From: an uncultured archaeon
GTDB lineage: Archaea > Aenigmatarchaeota > Aenigmatarchaeia > QMZP01 > JACQNV01
Assembly (NCBI GenBank): GCA_964476045.1
Contig: CAYYYJ010000002.1
Span: 1 to 58,939, forward strand
Direction: 5' to 3'
Length of the DNA stretch: 58,939 nucleotides
Shown here piece after piece: positions 1 through 8,882 of this stretch (positions are counted from its first letter, which is position 1; every line of letters begins with the position of its first letter). The notes under the pieces are model-generated. The model was not told the origin of the DNA. It worked only from the letters and a program-made list of their open reading frames with translations, and made no database searches. The translations under genes were made by a program, and so were the position numbers.

Positions 1-124
1 CACGTGTTCGGATTGCAAATTAGCTTATCCAATTCTCGAGGACGTGCCAGACATGTTAATAGAAGATGCGTGGCCTCTGGAGAAGGCGAAAAAAGACGGA
101 TTTAAGCACGGGCTGAAACTCTAA
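1..124 (+). CDS. Trm112-like zinc-ribbon protein, C-terminal fragment (5' end outside window)
   Basis: Frame 2 reads TCSDCKLAYPILEDVPDMLIEDAWPLEKAKKDGFKHGLKL*; the C..C..YPI.D.P.ML.EDA pattern is typical of Trm112/UPF0434. Confidence 0.5.
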   Translation, partial: TCSDCKLAYPILEDVPDMLIEDAWPLEKAKKDGFKHGLKL

Positions 125-127
125 AAA

Positions 128-321
128 CGCCGAGGACAGGAATTGAACCTGCGCTCCCCGAAGGGAATCCGCTGACTAGGGACAAAGCTGATCTTCAGAT
201 CAACTTCAACCTTTCCGTTTCTCATACAAGACTAAACCTCGTCATTTCCGCCTACTTCCGAGTCAAGCCAATTTATTCACAGAAACTCAAGGCGGACGCA
301 TTACCGCTCTGCCACCTCGGC
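128..321 (-). tRNA. tRNA-Ser(UGA), class II, with ~112-nt intron (174..285) after position 37
   Basis: Sense GCCGAGG-TG-GCA..TGC-G-TCCGC-CTTGAG[intron]A-GCGGA-TTCCCTTCGGGGAGC-GCAGG-TTCAATT-CCTGT-CCTCGGC-G; acceptor, anticodon and T stems all pair. Confidence 0.8.
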
Positions 322-590
322 ATCTTAAAGAGTTTGGCTTTATGTTTTTAAATACTATTATCAAGTCGTTTTAAGATAAGTTTAGTTGACTTTAAGCCAC
401 ACAGTAAGAGTGCTCTGCGTCAGAGCTAGCTACAAAGATAAACAATTGTTCATGATTGGACAAAGAACAAATCTAAAATAGGATCAGCTTTTGATGAAAT
501 GCAAAGGACGTATAAAATAGATAGTTCAAGGCCTCTGATAGAATTTTACAGAAGCCACAAAGAATTGATTTTGATGGTTCCTGTTCGGGA

Positions 591-1568
591 TTAGATTTTC
601 TCAACCTCCGCAGTCATAGTCTCCCCAATAATCGCCCCAATCTGTGAGATCACTTTAGAGGCCATGAAAGCGCCTATCTTGCCGCAGGTTTCTAAAGATT
701 TGTTTCTTGTGCAGCCCCAGAGGAAACCGGCTGCATAAAGGTCGCCTGCGCCTGTTGTGTCAATTACTTTGGTTGGGTATATTGGAGCTTGGATTAGGAT
801 CTGGTTTTGTTTTATCAAAGAGCCTTTTGCCCCGATTTTTACAACAGCGATCTCAGCATATTTAAAGAGTTCATTGACAGCTTCAAAAGGGTCTGCTAAA
901 CCAGTGAAAGCTAGAGCCTCCGCCTCATTCGCAAAAATAAAATCAACGCCATTGTTCAAAACTTTGGTTATTTCAGAAAACTGCCTCTTAATCAGGAAAG
1001 GGTCTGCGAGATCAAAAGAGATCTTAGTTCCATTGCTTCTAGCCACGTCCATAGAATGGAATACAGCTTCTCTTGCTGACTCTATTTCGTAAGCTGTTGA
1101 ATGAAGTATCTTGGATTTTTTCACGTGGTCTTCTGAAACATCTGCAGCAGACAGGTTTCGCGCAGCTCCCAGGTTTGCGGCAAAAGTGCGCTCAGAGTCA
1201 GGCGTGATCAAGCTGATGCATTTCCCAGTGCCTGAGATATTGCATTTTGTGAGCTGTGGATGGACCATGAGTTGTTTTAAATTACTGGAAAAGAAGTCGC
1301 CATGCGCATCGTCGCCAACCCTTCCAATAAAAGCGTATTTTCCGCCGAGGTTTGCCATGCCCATTATTGTATTTGATGCAGAGCCAGCTGGGACCATTTT
1401 CGGGTTTAGGTTTCCGATTGAAGAAAGTATGGAGTTCACTTTTTGTTCGTCCAGTTCGTTAAAAGAACCTTTTTGCAAATTGAATTTTTGTATGCGGTCC
1501 GCATCAATCTGAACAAGTATGTCTATCAGCGCATTCCCTATTCCAACAGCATCGTATTCTTTTTCCAT
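591..1568 (-). CDS. PfkB-family carbohydrate/nucleoside kinase
   Basis: 325 aa ORF; DTTGAGDLYAAGF motif and N-terminal GNALIDIL typical of the ribokinase/adenosine-kinase family. Confidence 0.85.
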   Translation of the reverse strand: MEKEYDAVGIGNALIDILVQIDADRIQKFNLQKGSFNELDEQKVNSILSSIGNLNPKMVPAGSASNTIMGMANLGGKYAFIGRVGDDAHGDFFSSNLKQLMVHPQLTKCNISGTGKCISLITPDSERTFAANLGAARNLSAADVSEDHVKKSKILHSTAYEIESAREAVFHSMDVARSNGTKISFDLADPFLIKRQFSEITKVLNNGVDFIFANEAEALAFTGLADPFEAVNELFKYAEIAVVKIGAKGSLIKQNQILIQAPIYPTKVIDTTGAGDLYAAGFLWGCTRNKSLETCGKIGAFMASKVISQIGAIIGETMTAEVEKI

Positions 1569-1619
1569 AATTATAGAGGATTTTCGAGGATTTAAGTTTT
1601 TCGGTTGAATATATAAAAT

Positions 1620-2270
1620 ATGGCTTTTAAACTAGTCGCTTTCAGTTTTAGCGGAGTTCTGGTTAATTTTGAAGGCGCCGATAACGCTTGGGATCTGATA
1701 AGGAATTTGTACAAAGTGCCTAACCTATGGAAAGAGTATATTGAAGGGAAGATGAGCAGGTACCAGGTCAAGACAGAGGAATACAAATTATGGAAAACAG
1801 CTGGAATAAAATTAGACAACCTCATGACAGATTTGAGAAAGAACACAAAGATTTTTCCTGGAGTCGAGAAGCTTCTCCACGAGTTAAGGTCAAGAAATAT
1901 TGTCCCTGCTACTGTTTCTGACAGCCCTCACGTGATTGTTGAGGATATTGCTAACAGGCTTGGAATAAAATATTTTTCTGCGAATAGGGTTCTTTTCAAC
2001 AAAGACGGGTTTGCATACGAGACAGTTCCTTCCCACCCTTCTGGAGATGGCCGCGTCTCGAAATTGATTGCGCTAAAAGATTTCACAAACAGGGAGAACA
2101 TAAGATTGAGCGAAGTCATTGCAATCGGGAATGACAGGGAGGATATAGAATTGTTCAACGTAGTTGGGCGTTCGATCGCATTCAATGCCAAAGACATGGA
2201 GACAAGGAAAGCTGCACAGATAATAGTTAATTCGAATGATCTAGAGGATGTTTTGGATTATTTGAAGTAG
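1620..2270 (+). CDS. SerB-like HAD-fold protein with degenerate catalytic motifs
   Basis: HAD/phosphoserine-phosphatase-like layout, but motif I reads VAFSFSGVLV (expected DxDGT) and motif IV reads GNDREDIELF (expected GDGxND). Confidence 0.65.
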   Translation: MAFKLVAFSFSGVLVNFEGADNAWDLIRNLYKVPNLWKEYIEGKMSRYQVKTEEYKLWKTAGIKLDNLMTDLRKNTKIFPGVEKLLHELRSRNIVPATVSDSPHVIVEDIANRLGIKYFSANRVLFNKDGFAYETVPSHPSGDGRVSKLIALKDFTNRENIRLSEVIAIGNDREDIELFNVVGRSIAFNAKDMETRKAAQIIVNSNDLEDVLDYLK

Positions 2271-2292
2271 ATTTTGTTCTAAGATGTGGATA

Positions 2293-2307
2293 TATAACAC
2301 TGTTATA
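2293..2307. promoter_or_regulatory. 15-nt palindrome TATAACACTGTTATA (copy 1 upstream of JAMM gene)
   Basis: Exact palindrome; identical copy at 2391..2405. Confidence 0.5.
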
Positions 2308-2390
2308 CAATATGCCCACCCTATTTTCTAAAAAAATACACGCCCTTTATATAGACTGGAGTTACACAGCTTCTCATCTGTAATTTCCCT

Positions 2391-2405
2391 TATAACACTG
2401 TTATA
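2391..2405. promoter_or_regulatory. 15-nt palindrome TATAACACTGTTATA (copy 2, 17 nt before ATG 2422); possible TATA-containing promoter/operator
   Basis: Exact repeat of 2293..2307; its position fits a promoter for a short-leader transcript. Confidence 0.5.
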
Positions 2406-2421
2406 CTGAGGTATCCAAGTT

Positions 2422-3033
2422 ATGCACGACATCTTCATCAACCCAAAATCCCTGAAAGCCCTAGTCCTCTCAGCAGTAGAAGTCTATAACAGGGAAACTA
2501 ACGGCTTTATTGCAGGCAGAACAGTTGTGAAAAAAATCAAAGGAAAAGAAAAGCCTGTTATATCGCTCCAAACTGTTTATCCTCTGCAAACAGCTGACAG
2601 GAAACCGTCCCAGGTTATCCACGGAAACGATCTTGCTCACAGGAGAGCAGTTACATCCCTTGCTGCGATGAAGGTCCCTATTCTAGGCGGATTCCACAGC
2701 CACACTGATTATCATCCGACTCAAGATGCACCACCAGAACTGTCTCAAGGGGATATAGATCATATCCACGAAGAAATGAGAAGCCTCAAATCCCTCAGAG
2801 GCGGAAAAGAACTAAACAAATGGCTGGAAATAATACTCTCTATCAAAAAGAAAAACTATTCCAAATCACGCGAAAACAAAATGGAGATCAGCTCATACAA
2901 GAAAAGGCTTGGTTGTACAGTCATAACAGAGCCATACAAAGGCTACAAGATTACGCTCGCAGGTTATTGGCTTCAAAATAGCTCAGCTAAACTAAAAATA
3001 TTCAAGGAAGCGAAAATATATTCTTCAACTTGA
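2422..3033 (+). CDS. JAMM/MPN+ domain metalloprotease
   Basis: Conserved Glu (AVEVYNRETNGF) plus GFHSHTDYHPTQDAPPELSQGD, i.e. HxH...SxxD. Confidence 0.7.
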   Translation: MHDIFINPKSLKALVLSAVEVYNRETNGFIAGRTVVKKIKGKEKPVISLQTVYPLQTADRKPSQVIHGNDLAHRRAVTSLAAMKVPILGGFHSHTDYHPTQDAPPELSQGDIDHIHEEMRSLKSLRGGKELNKWLEIILSIKKKNYSKSRENKMEISSYKKRLGCTVITEPYKGYKITLAGYWLQNSSAKLKIFKEAKIYSST

Positions 3034-3062
3034 TTTTTAAGCAACGAGTCTAATATAGTTCG

Positions 3063-3677
3063 ATGCCAATCAAAGCAATAATCTTCGATGCAGACGACGT
3101 CCTGATAATAAAACCTAAAATGTTCAGCCAGTATCTTGAAGAAGATTATGGAATTCCGGCATCAGTAACAGCCAAATTCTTCAAAGGTGATTTCCAGAAC
3201 TGTTTGATTGGGAAAGCTGACCTTAAAGAAGAATTGAAAAAATGTATTAAAGAATGGGGTTGGGAAGGCACTGTAGACGATCTCCTTAAATATTGGTTTA
3301 AAGTCGAGCACAATATAAATCATGAACTCGTCGAACTAATAAAAGCACTTAAAGCTAAAGGAATAAAAACTTACCTCGGAACAAATAATGAGAAGTATCG
3401 AACAGAATATATAAGAAATCAAATGGGTTTCTCCAAGTTTTTAGATCATATTTTTGCTTCAGGTGAAATAGGCCACAAAAAACCCGACCTGAAATTTTTC
3501 GGGCATGTCTTCGAGAAAATAGCCCAGGATTCCAAAGTATCTAAAAACGAAATCCTTTTCATCGACGACGATCCAGAAAATATAGAGGCCGCGAAATCAT
3601 TCGGTTTCCAGACACTTCTATACAAAAATTTCCCTGAGTTTCAAAGCTTAATAAACAGTTTCGTTAAACATACATAA
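3063..3677 (+). CDS. HAD-superfamily hydrolase (subfamily IA-like)
   Basis: IIFDADDVL motif I, GTNN motif II, K...FIDDDPENI motifs III/IV. Confidence 0.8.
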   Translation: MPIKAIIFDADDVLIIKPKMFSQYLEEDYGIPASVTAKFFKGDFQNCLIGKADLKEELKKCIKEWGWEGTVDDLLKYWFKVEHNINHELVELIKALKAKGIKTYLGTNNEKYRTEYIRNQMGFSKFLDHIFASGEIGHKKPDLKFFGHVFEKIAQDSKVSKNEILFIDDDPENIEAAKSFGFQTLLYKNFPEFQSLINSFVKHT

Positions 3678-3708
3678 GTTTAAATATATACGTGTACATA
3701 AACATATC

Positions 3709-3972
3709 ATGACGACCAAAACTATTACAATAACAGAAGATGCATACGATGCCCTTAAAGGTTCAAAGGATATGGATGAAAGCTTTAGCAAAGCAATCCT
3801 CCGTATAACCCATAAAAAATCCCTGAAAGAGTTTGTCGGCGTCTTGTCAGAGAAGAGCGGGGACAAGCTTGAAGAGGCTATAAAGGAAATGAGGAGAAGC
3901 CGGGCAGAATCCAGAGAAAAGAGAATTGTGAGAATTTCAGGCCAGCTTAAAGGCAAATATGGCAGTTCTTGA
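3709..3972 (+). CDS. VapB-type antitoxin (small DNA-binding protein)
   Basis: 87 aa ORF overlapping the start of the downstream PIN gene; N-terminus KTITITEDAYDALK is typical of archaeal VapB-like antitoxins. Confidence 0.55.
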   Translation: MTTKTITITEDAYDALKGSKDMDESFSKAILRITHKKSLKEFVGVLSEKSGDKLEEAIKEMRRSRAESREKRIVRISGQLKGKYGSS

Positions 3973-4342
3973 AACTTCTTTTTTGATCGATATCCTTAGA
4001 GGCAGAAAACAGGCTGTAGACCTGCTTAACGAGCTTGAAGAAAGGGAACCGCTCTTCATAACAACTCCGACTATCATGGAATTATGGGAAGGTGCGTTGA
4101 GATCCCAGCTCCCGGAGAAAGAGATGAAAAAGACAGGAGATATGTTAGTAGCGCTCCATATCCTGGACTTTGATGCCAAGGCAGCTAAAAAAGCTGCTGA
4201 AATAAATTACGAGCTTTTACATTCACCGATAGAGGCTGAAGATTCCATGATAGCTTCAATCGCTTTTGTGCATAATGAAGTCCTTGTCACAAAGGACGAG
4301 CATTTTGTTCGTATCAGCGGCCTGAAGATACTGAAATACTGA
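3959..4342 (+). CDS. vapC: PIN-domain toxin (VapC-like)
   Basis: 127 aa; N-terminal LETSFLIDILRG, later acidic residues; 14-nt overlap with the upstream antitoxin ORF. Confidence 0.75.
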   Translation: MAVLETSFLIDILRGRKQAVDLLNELEEREPLFITTPTIMELWEGALRSQLPEKEMKKTGDMLVALHILDFDAKAAKKAAEINYELLHSPIEAEDSMIASIAFVHNEVLVTKDEHFVRISGLKILKY

Positions 4343-4346
4343 TTCT

Positions 4347-4994
4347 ATGCCAATAATCCTCGTCCCGACCTCCCACGTAGCAGAAGAAAGTGTTAGAAAG
4401 ATAAAGGAAGTGATAGAAAAAGTAAAACCAGACTGTGTTTGTGTAGAGCTGGACGAAAACCGATATCAGGCCTTGAAAACCAAACAATCTTCATCTTTCA
4501 AATCGCTAGGACCTTCCACGTGGCTTATTTTCACTCTTCTCAAAAAGCTCCAGAAAAAAATCGGCGATATAGTAGGAGTTATGCCAGGCTCTGATATGCT
4601 GACTGCAGTTGAATTTTCAATGGAGAAAAATATTCCAGTTTTCTTCATCGACCAGCCAATCCAAACAACTTTATACAATTTCCAAAAGCTCTCCTTCCGC
4701 GAAAAAATGAAATTAATGCGCTATGCTTTAACAGCTTCCTTCTCCCTTTACACTGGAATAGGTAAATCCAGAGAAAAAATAGATTTAACTAAAGTGCCTC
4801 AAGAAGACATTATAGAAAAAGCAATGGCTGAGTTCGAAAAAATCTTCCCGAGGCTCTACAAAATTTTGCTGGAAGACAGAAATGTATACATGGCTTCCCA
4901 GATCAGCCAGCTCTCAAAAACCCACAAAAAAATAGTTGCAGTTATTGGAGCAGGACACAGGAAAGGGATAAAAAGTCTACTGGAGAATAAATGA
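4347..4994 (+). CDS. TraB/PrgY-family protein
   Basis: LVPTSHVAEESV...PDCVCVELDENR and C-terminal GAGH are typical of the TraB family. Confidence 0.7.
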   Translation: MPIILVPTSHVAEESVRKIKEVIEKVKPDCVCVELDENRYQALKTKQSSSFKSLGPSTWLIFTLLKKLQKKIGDIVGVMPGSDMLTAVEFSMEKNIPVFFIDQPIQTTLYNFQKLSFREKMKLMRYALTASFSLYTGIGKSREKIDLTKVPQEDIIEKAMAEFEKIFPRLYKILLEDRNVYMASQISQLSKTHKKIVAVIGAGHRKGIKSLLENK

Positions 4995-4995
4995 T

Positions 4996-5424
4996 ATGCC
5001 CGAATATAACGCCCCATTTTTCAACGGTTTGACAGCTGTAGTCCTAGCTTTGAAAAAAAGGTACGGAGAAGACCAAGCAATAGAAGTCATGCGCGACGTT
5101 TTTAGTTCAAGGCTAAAAGGCGTCTACGATAAGCTTGGTTTCACAAAAGGGTCACCAGAAGATTTTGTCAGAGTAGTCGGAGAAAACGACAGGATGCTCG
5201 GGCTGGAAGCCGGGCTGTTTCTAGAAAAGGGAAAAATAATTTACAGGTTTAAAACAGACCCTTTCCCAAATTTGAAAGGCCATGTGAACCCGACGAATTT
5301 CGACGATTCTTATCTGAGATTCAAAGTCGAATATCTGCTTGGAAAAAACTGGTCTTACAAAACAACAAAGCATTTGTGGGGAGGAAACTCTTGCACAGAG
5401 CACGTTATTGAGAAAAAGTTATAA
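4996..5424 (+). CDS. hypothetical protein
   Basis: 142 aa ORF tightly following the previous gene; no motif recognised. Confidence 0.45.
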   Translation: MPEYNAPFFNGLTAVVLALKKRYGEDQAIEVMRDVFSSRLKGVYDKLGFTKGSPEDFVRVVGENDRMLGLEAGLFLEKGKIIYRFKTDPFPNLKGHVNPTNFDDSYLRFKVEYLLGKNWSYKTTKHLWGGNSCTEHVIEKKL

Positions 5425-5446
5425 TACTGGAATCCCTAATAAAGAT

Positions 5447-5707
5447 ATGTTACATGGCAAAAGATTGGTTAACCCAAAACATAAAATTTTAGCATTTGTT
5501 TTCTTTGAAATGATCATTAGTTTATTATTGATACAAGCTATCAGCAATCCGGATGCTCCCTTATGTCTGCGACCAGGAAGCGGTTATACAGGAGAATGCC
5601 CCCCAGAGAAGATTGCAGGCACAGCAAGCACACTTATAATACCATTATCGATACTGTTTATAATAATCTTAATTATTGGTATTCTTGAAGTCAGAAAGAT
5701 AATCTGA
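5447..5707 (+). CDS. small predicted membrane protein
   Basis: ATG at 5447 within ORF 5339..5707; two hydrophobic segments. Confidence 0.3.
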   Translation: MLHGKRLVNPKHKILAFVFFEMIISLLLIQAISNPDAPLCLRPGSGYTGECPPEKIAGTASTLIIPLSILFIIILIIGILEVRKII

Positions 5708-5710
5708 TTG

Positions 5711-6420
5711 TCACTTCCCAAACTTCTTCTCCTGCTCTTTATACCACTTCATTATCTTGTCAAATTCTTTTTTAGTGAATTCAGGCCAGAGCGTATCTGT
5801 AAAATAAAGTTCTGCATAACTTGCCTGGTAGAGCATGAAGTTGGAAAGCCTGTGTTGCCCTCCTGTCCTTATAACAAGGTCTAAAGGTTCTTTAACCATC
5901 AAGAAATTATCGATACTCTGTATCGGTTTTCCAACAACTTTTTTCACTGCATTATTTAGTTCCAGTTTGGATCCATAAGCTAGCATTATGTTCAGTATAT
6001 TTTTCGAGTAGTGTTTTGTAGATTTAACGACCTCTTTCGCAGCTTCCTTGAGGTCTGGCCTCCACAAACTAGAGTCTCCAAGAATCCTTATTTTTATCCC
6101 CCTTTCTTTTATTACAGGATCTGTCACAATATTTTTTAATTCACTGGTGTAAATCTTCCAAAGTTCGTCCAATTCCTCTTTCGACCTTTTTAAATTCTCT
6201 GTTGAAAGTGCGTATATAGAAATCCTTTTAATTTCGGGATAGTCTTTACACCAATCCAAGAATTCCCTGGTTCTCTGCGCCCCTAAAATATGTCCTGCCC
6301 AAGGATCGCTGCCTGTAACTTTTGCAAATCTCCGGTTCCCATCAGGTTAACCCTAATCTCAGAATGCTGAAATTATATAAGCCCTAGATGGATACCTTTT
6401 TTAGACTGATTTTCAAACAT
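5711..6420 (-). CDS. uppS: cis-prenyltransferase (UPP-synthase family) with reading frame interrupted by a 29-nt insert
   Basis: Downstream frame reads PDGNRRFAKVTGSDPWAGHILGAQ...; upstream ATG 6420 gives MFENQSKKGIHLGLI then TAA. Removing 6347..6375 yields ...IHLGLIPDGNRRFA..., the family consensus. Confidence 0.7.
6347..6375 (-). other. 29-nt hairpin insert in uppS (candidate mini-intron or disruptive insertion)
   Basis: Sense TAATTTCAGCATTCTGAGATTAGGGTTAA; nt 1-22 form a 9-bp hairpin; contains TAA and shifts the frame. Confidence 0.6.
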
Positions 6421-6523
6421 ACCCGTATAAAATAAAAGAACCTGTATATATAACTATTACCCAGGTTAGATTAAGAAGTAGAAGCGAAATATCCAAAATT
6501 TTCTATATGCCTTTCGGGGAAAA

Positions 6524-7345
6524 TCACTTCCTGTTGTCTAATTCTTCCAATCTTGCAATTCTTTTTTCAACAGGCGGATGTGTTGAAAACATCCCTATGA
6601 ACCAATCCCTCTTAAACGGATTTACAATCCACAAATGGGATGTGGCAGCAGAGCCCTTTATCGGATAATTTCTTGCAGTTTCATTTATTTTTCTCAGGGC
6701 CGAGGCAAGGTATTCCGGCTTTTTCGTCAGCATAGCTCCTGTAAGGTCTGCTTTGTATTCCCTGCTTCTGGATATTGCAAGCCTCACCAAAAGCGCAGCT
6801 ATTGGAGCAAAAACGAGTATAAGTATAAGCCCTATTATATTGCTCTCCCCTTTTCTTTCCCCGCCCCAAAATAGGCTGAAGTATCCTATCTGGGCCAAAA
6901 AAGAAATTGCTCCTGCAATAGTTGCAGCCATTGCAGAAATAAGAGTATCCCTGTTTTTTATATGGGATAGTTCATGGGCTAAAACACCTTTCAGTTCCTC
7001 CTTATCCAGATCCAAAATCCCTTTTGTCACAGTTATGGCTGCGTGTTTTGGATCCCTCCCGGTTGCAAATGCATTAGGAACTTGGCTGTCGACTATATAC
7101 AAGGGAGGCTCAGGTATTTCAGCTTCTCTGGCAAGCTCAGAAATAATTTCTTTCAGCTCTTTATCATCGTATGGCTTTGCTCTATACATTTTGAGGACAA
7201 GCTTGTCTGAATACCAGTAAGAGACGAAATTAATTACAACAGCGAGAATCAGAGCTAACCCAGTCCCGATAACTCCACCAAGAACAAATCCTACAGCTAA
7301 CAAGATCACTGTTAATACTGTCAGAAGTGCGAGTTCACTGATCAT
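6524..7345 (-). CDS. htpX: HtpX-like M48 membrane zinc protease
   Basis: HELSHIKNRD (HExxH), N-terminal TM helices, C-terminal STHPP..RI. Confidence 0.9.
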   Translation of the reverse strand: MISELALLTVLTVILLAVGFVLGGVIGTGLALILAVVINFVSYWYSDKLVLKMYRAKPYDDKELKEIISELAREAEIPEPPLYIVDSQVPNAFATGRDPKHAAITVTKGILDLDKEELKGVLAHELSHIKNRDTLISAMAATIAGAISFLAQIGYFSLFWGGERKGESNIIGLILILVFAPIAALLVRLAISRSREYKADLTGAMLTKKPEYLASALRKINETARNYPIKGSAATSHLWIVNPFKRDWFIGMFSTHPPVEKRIARLEELDNRK

Positions 7346-7378
7346 ATTATAGGATAGTAAAAAGAGCTATAAATTCTG

Positions 7379-7504
7379 TTAATTATCAAAAGTCTTTTTC
7401 ATTATCTTCTTATTTGCAATCTCTTCGCTAGCAAGAAGTCTAAGCAAATCCTTGTTTTCTTTTATGGAGATTTCAGCGGTTTTTATCACATCTTCCCTTA
7501 ACAT
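7379..7504 (-). CDS. small ORF (41 aa) immediately downstream of doc; possible cognate antitoxin in reversed order
   Basis: MLREDVIKTAEISIKENKDLLRLLASEEIANKKIMKKTFDN; starts 2 nt after the doc stop. Confidence 0.25.
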   Translation of the reverse strand: MLREDVIKTAEISIKENKDLLRLLASEEIANKKIMKKTFDN

Positions 7505-7506
7505 AT

Positions 7507-7869
7507 TTAATCCGTATTCTTCTGTATCCAGTCCTGAACACTGAATATATTCTTTTTACCTTCAGCTACATCATTTATATATTCACCAGCTTGCTTTATA
7601 TCCTTTAAGCATAGTTTTTTTCCGTTTTCCCTCAAAAAGGTGTCTGCAGCTTCCAGAGCTGTTCTTTTATTCCCATCTACAAAAGTATGTGATGTTATTA
7701 TCTCATAAAGTAGCATAGCAGCTTTGTTGTAAATATCTGTTTTTGAGTTCTCAATTTTATTCACTATGAATTCTAAATTGCTCCTATCAACTATCCCACT
7801 TTCACCGCCAAATTCTTTAATTAGTTTATCGTGTATTTCAATCACTTCTTCTATTGTTAGATATTTCAT
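7507..7869 (-). CDS. doc: Doc/Fic-family toxin
   Basis: HTFVDGNKRTAL = Doc-type HxFxDGNKR motif; 120 aa. Confidence 0.85.
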   Translation of the reverse strand: MKYLTIEEVIEIHDKLIKEFGGESGIVDRSNLEFIVNKIENSKTDIYNKAAMLLYEIITSHTFVDGNKRTALEAADTFLRENGKKLCLKDIKQAGEYINDVAEGKKNIFSVQDWIQKNTD

Positions 7870-8882
7870 ACTTGTAATCTCTCCATCTCTCTCAAAAGCC
7901 TCAGAGCGTCTTTCTTTTTCTCTAGGCCAATCTCAATGCAAACTAAACCGCCTACTATTTTTTTATTATCAAAGCTTAGTTCTGGCTGCCCATACAAAAC
8001 AATAGACCCTAAAGGGGACATGATAACAGAAGGCAAAACAGCAAGATCGTCCTCGCCATTTACGAGTATTTTTGTTTTCTGCCTGCTGGTTATAGCATCT
8101 TTTACGGAATTCCACAAAGCCTTGCTAGTAATTCCAGCCTTGTTGTAAACTTTCAATTCCTTCCCGCCAAAAACGATTTTTTTTTCGAAAGCCTGTCTCC
8201 TGACTTTCCCGTCAATAACTATAATATCCGGATCTAAGCCAGCTTCCAGGAGGGCATGGCTTGATTGGTCTCCTATTACAATAATTAATCCGCCTTCTTT
8301 TTTCTCTACCCCAGAATTAACAAAATTTTCAGCTGAGCTAAAGAGCTTCCCATACGGCTTTCTGAAAACCTCCAATAGTTTCTCAGGCAGTTCTAAATCT
8401 TTCTTAATTTCAAAAGCCTCTCTAAAAATAATGTTCAAAACCTCTTCTGCAGATTCCTCTGGTTTTTTTTCTGTCGTGTCAACCTCAAAAACTTTCTCGT
8501 TCTTTTCTAAAGCGTCAGATTTGCAGACTTCCATTATCTCTGCTTCTATGTTTTCTTCTATCTTTCCTTTAAACCAACCTCTTTTCTCCAGCCTTTTTCT
8601 AAGCTCCCCTGGACTTGTTCTCAGCACAATAACAAGATCTGCATCTAATTCGTGAGAGTAATGGGATTGTATTACAGAGTCTTGTTTTATTTTTTTAATT
8701 TCAGAATTCAGCTTTTTTATATCGGCGACATCGCATTTTCTTTTTTTATCGTATTCTAAAAAAAAGCCCTCCTCTTTAGCGACCTTATTTAAATCAATCA
8801 AATCAAATCCCAGTTTTTCCCCAACTATTTTAGAAACCGCATCTTTCCCTGTTCCCGGCGTGCCTGTAACCGCGATTATCAT
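7866..8882 (-). CDS. fusion protein: adenylate-kinase/Fap7-like NTPase + DUF359 (GTP-dependent dephospho-CoA kinase family)
   Basis: N-terminus MIIAVTGTPGTGKD (P-loop with D in the S/T position). C-terminus VIGDQSS...IVIDGKVRR...NKAGITS...VNGEEDLAVLP...VLYGQP matches the DUF359 pattern. Confidence 0.7.
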   Translation of the reverse strand: MIIAVTGTPGTGKDAVSKIVGEKLGFDLIDLNKVAKEEGFFLEYDKKRKCDVADIKKLNSEIKKIKQDSVIQSHYSHELDADLVIVLRTSPGELRKRLEKRGWFKGKIEENIEAEIMEVCKSDALEKNEKVFEVDTTEKKPEESAEEVLNIIFREAFEIKKDLELPEKLLEVFRKPYGKLFSSAENFVNSGVEKKEGGLIIVIGDQSSHALLEAGLDPDIIVIDGKVRRQAFEKKIVFGGKELKVYNKAGITSKALWNSVKDAITSRQKTKILVNGEDDLAVLPSVIMSPLGSIVLYGQPELSFDNKKIVGGLVCIEIGLEKKKDALRLLREMERLQV

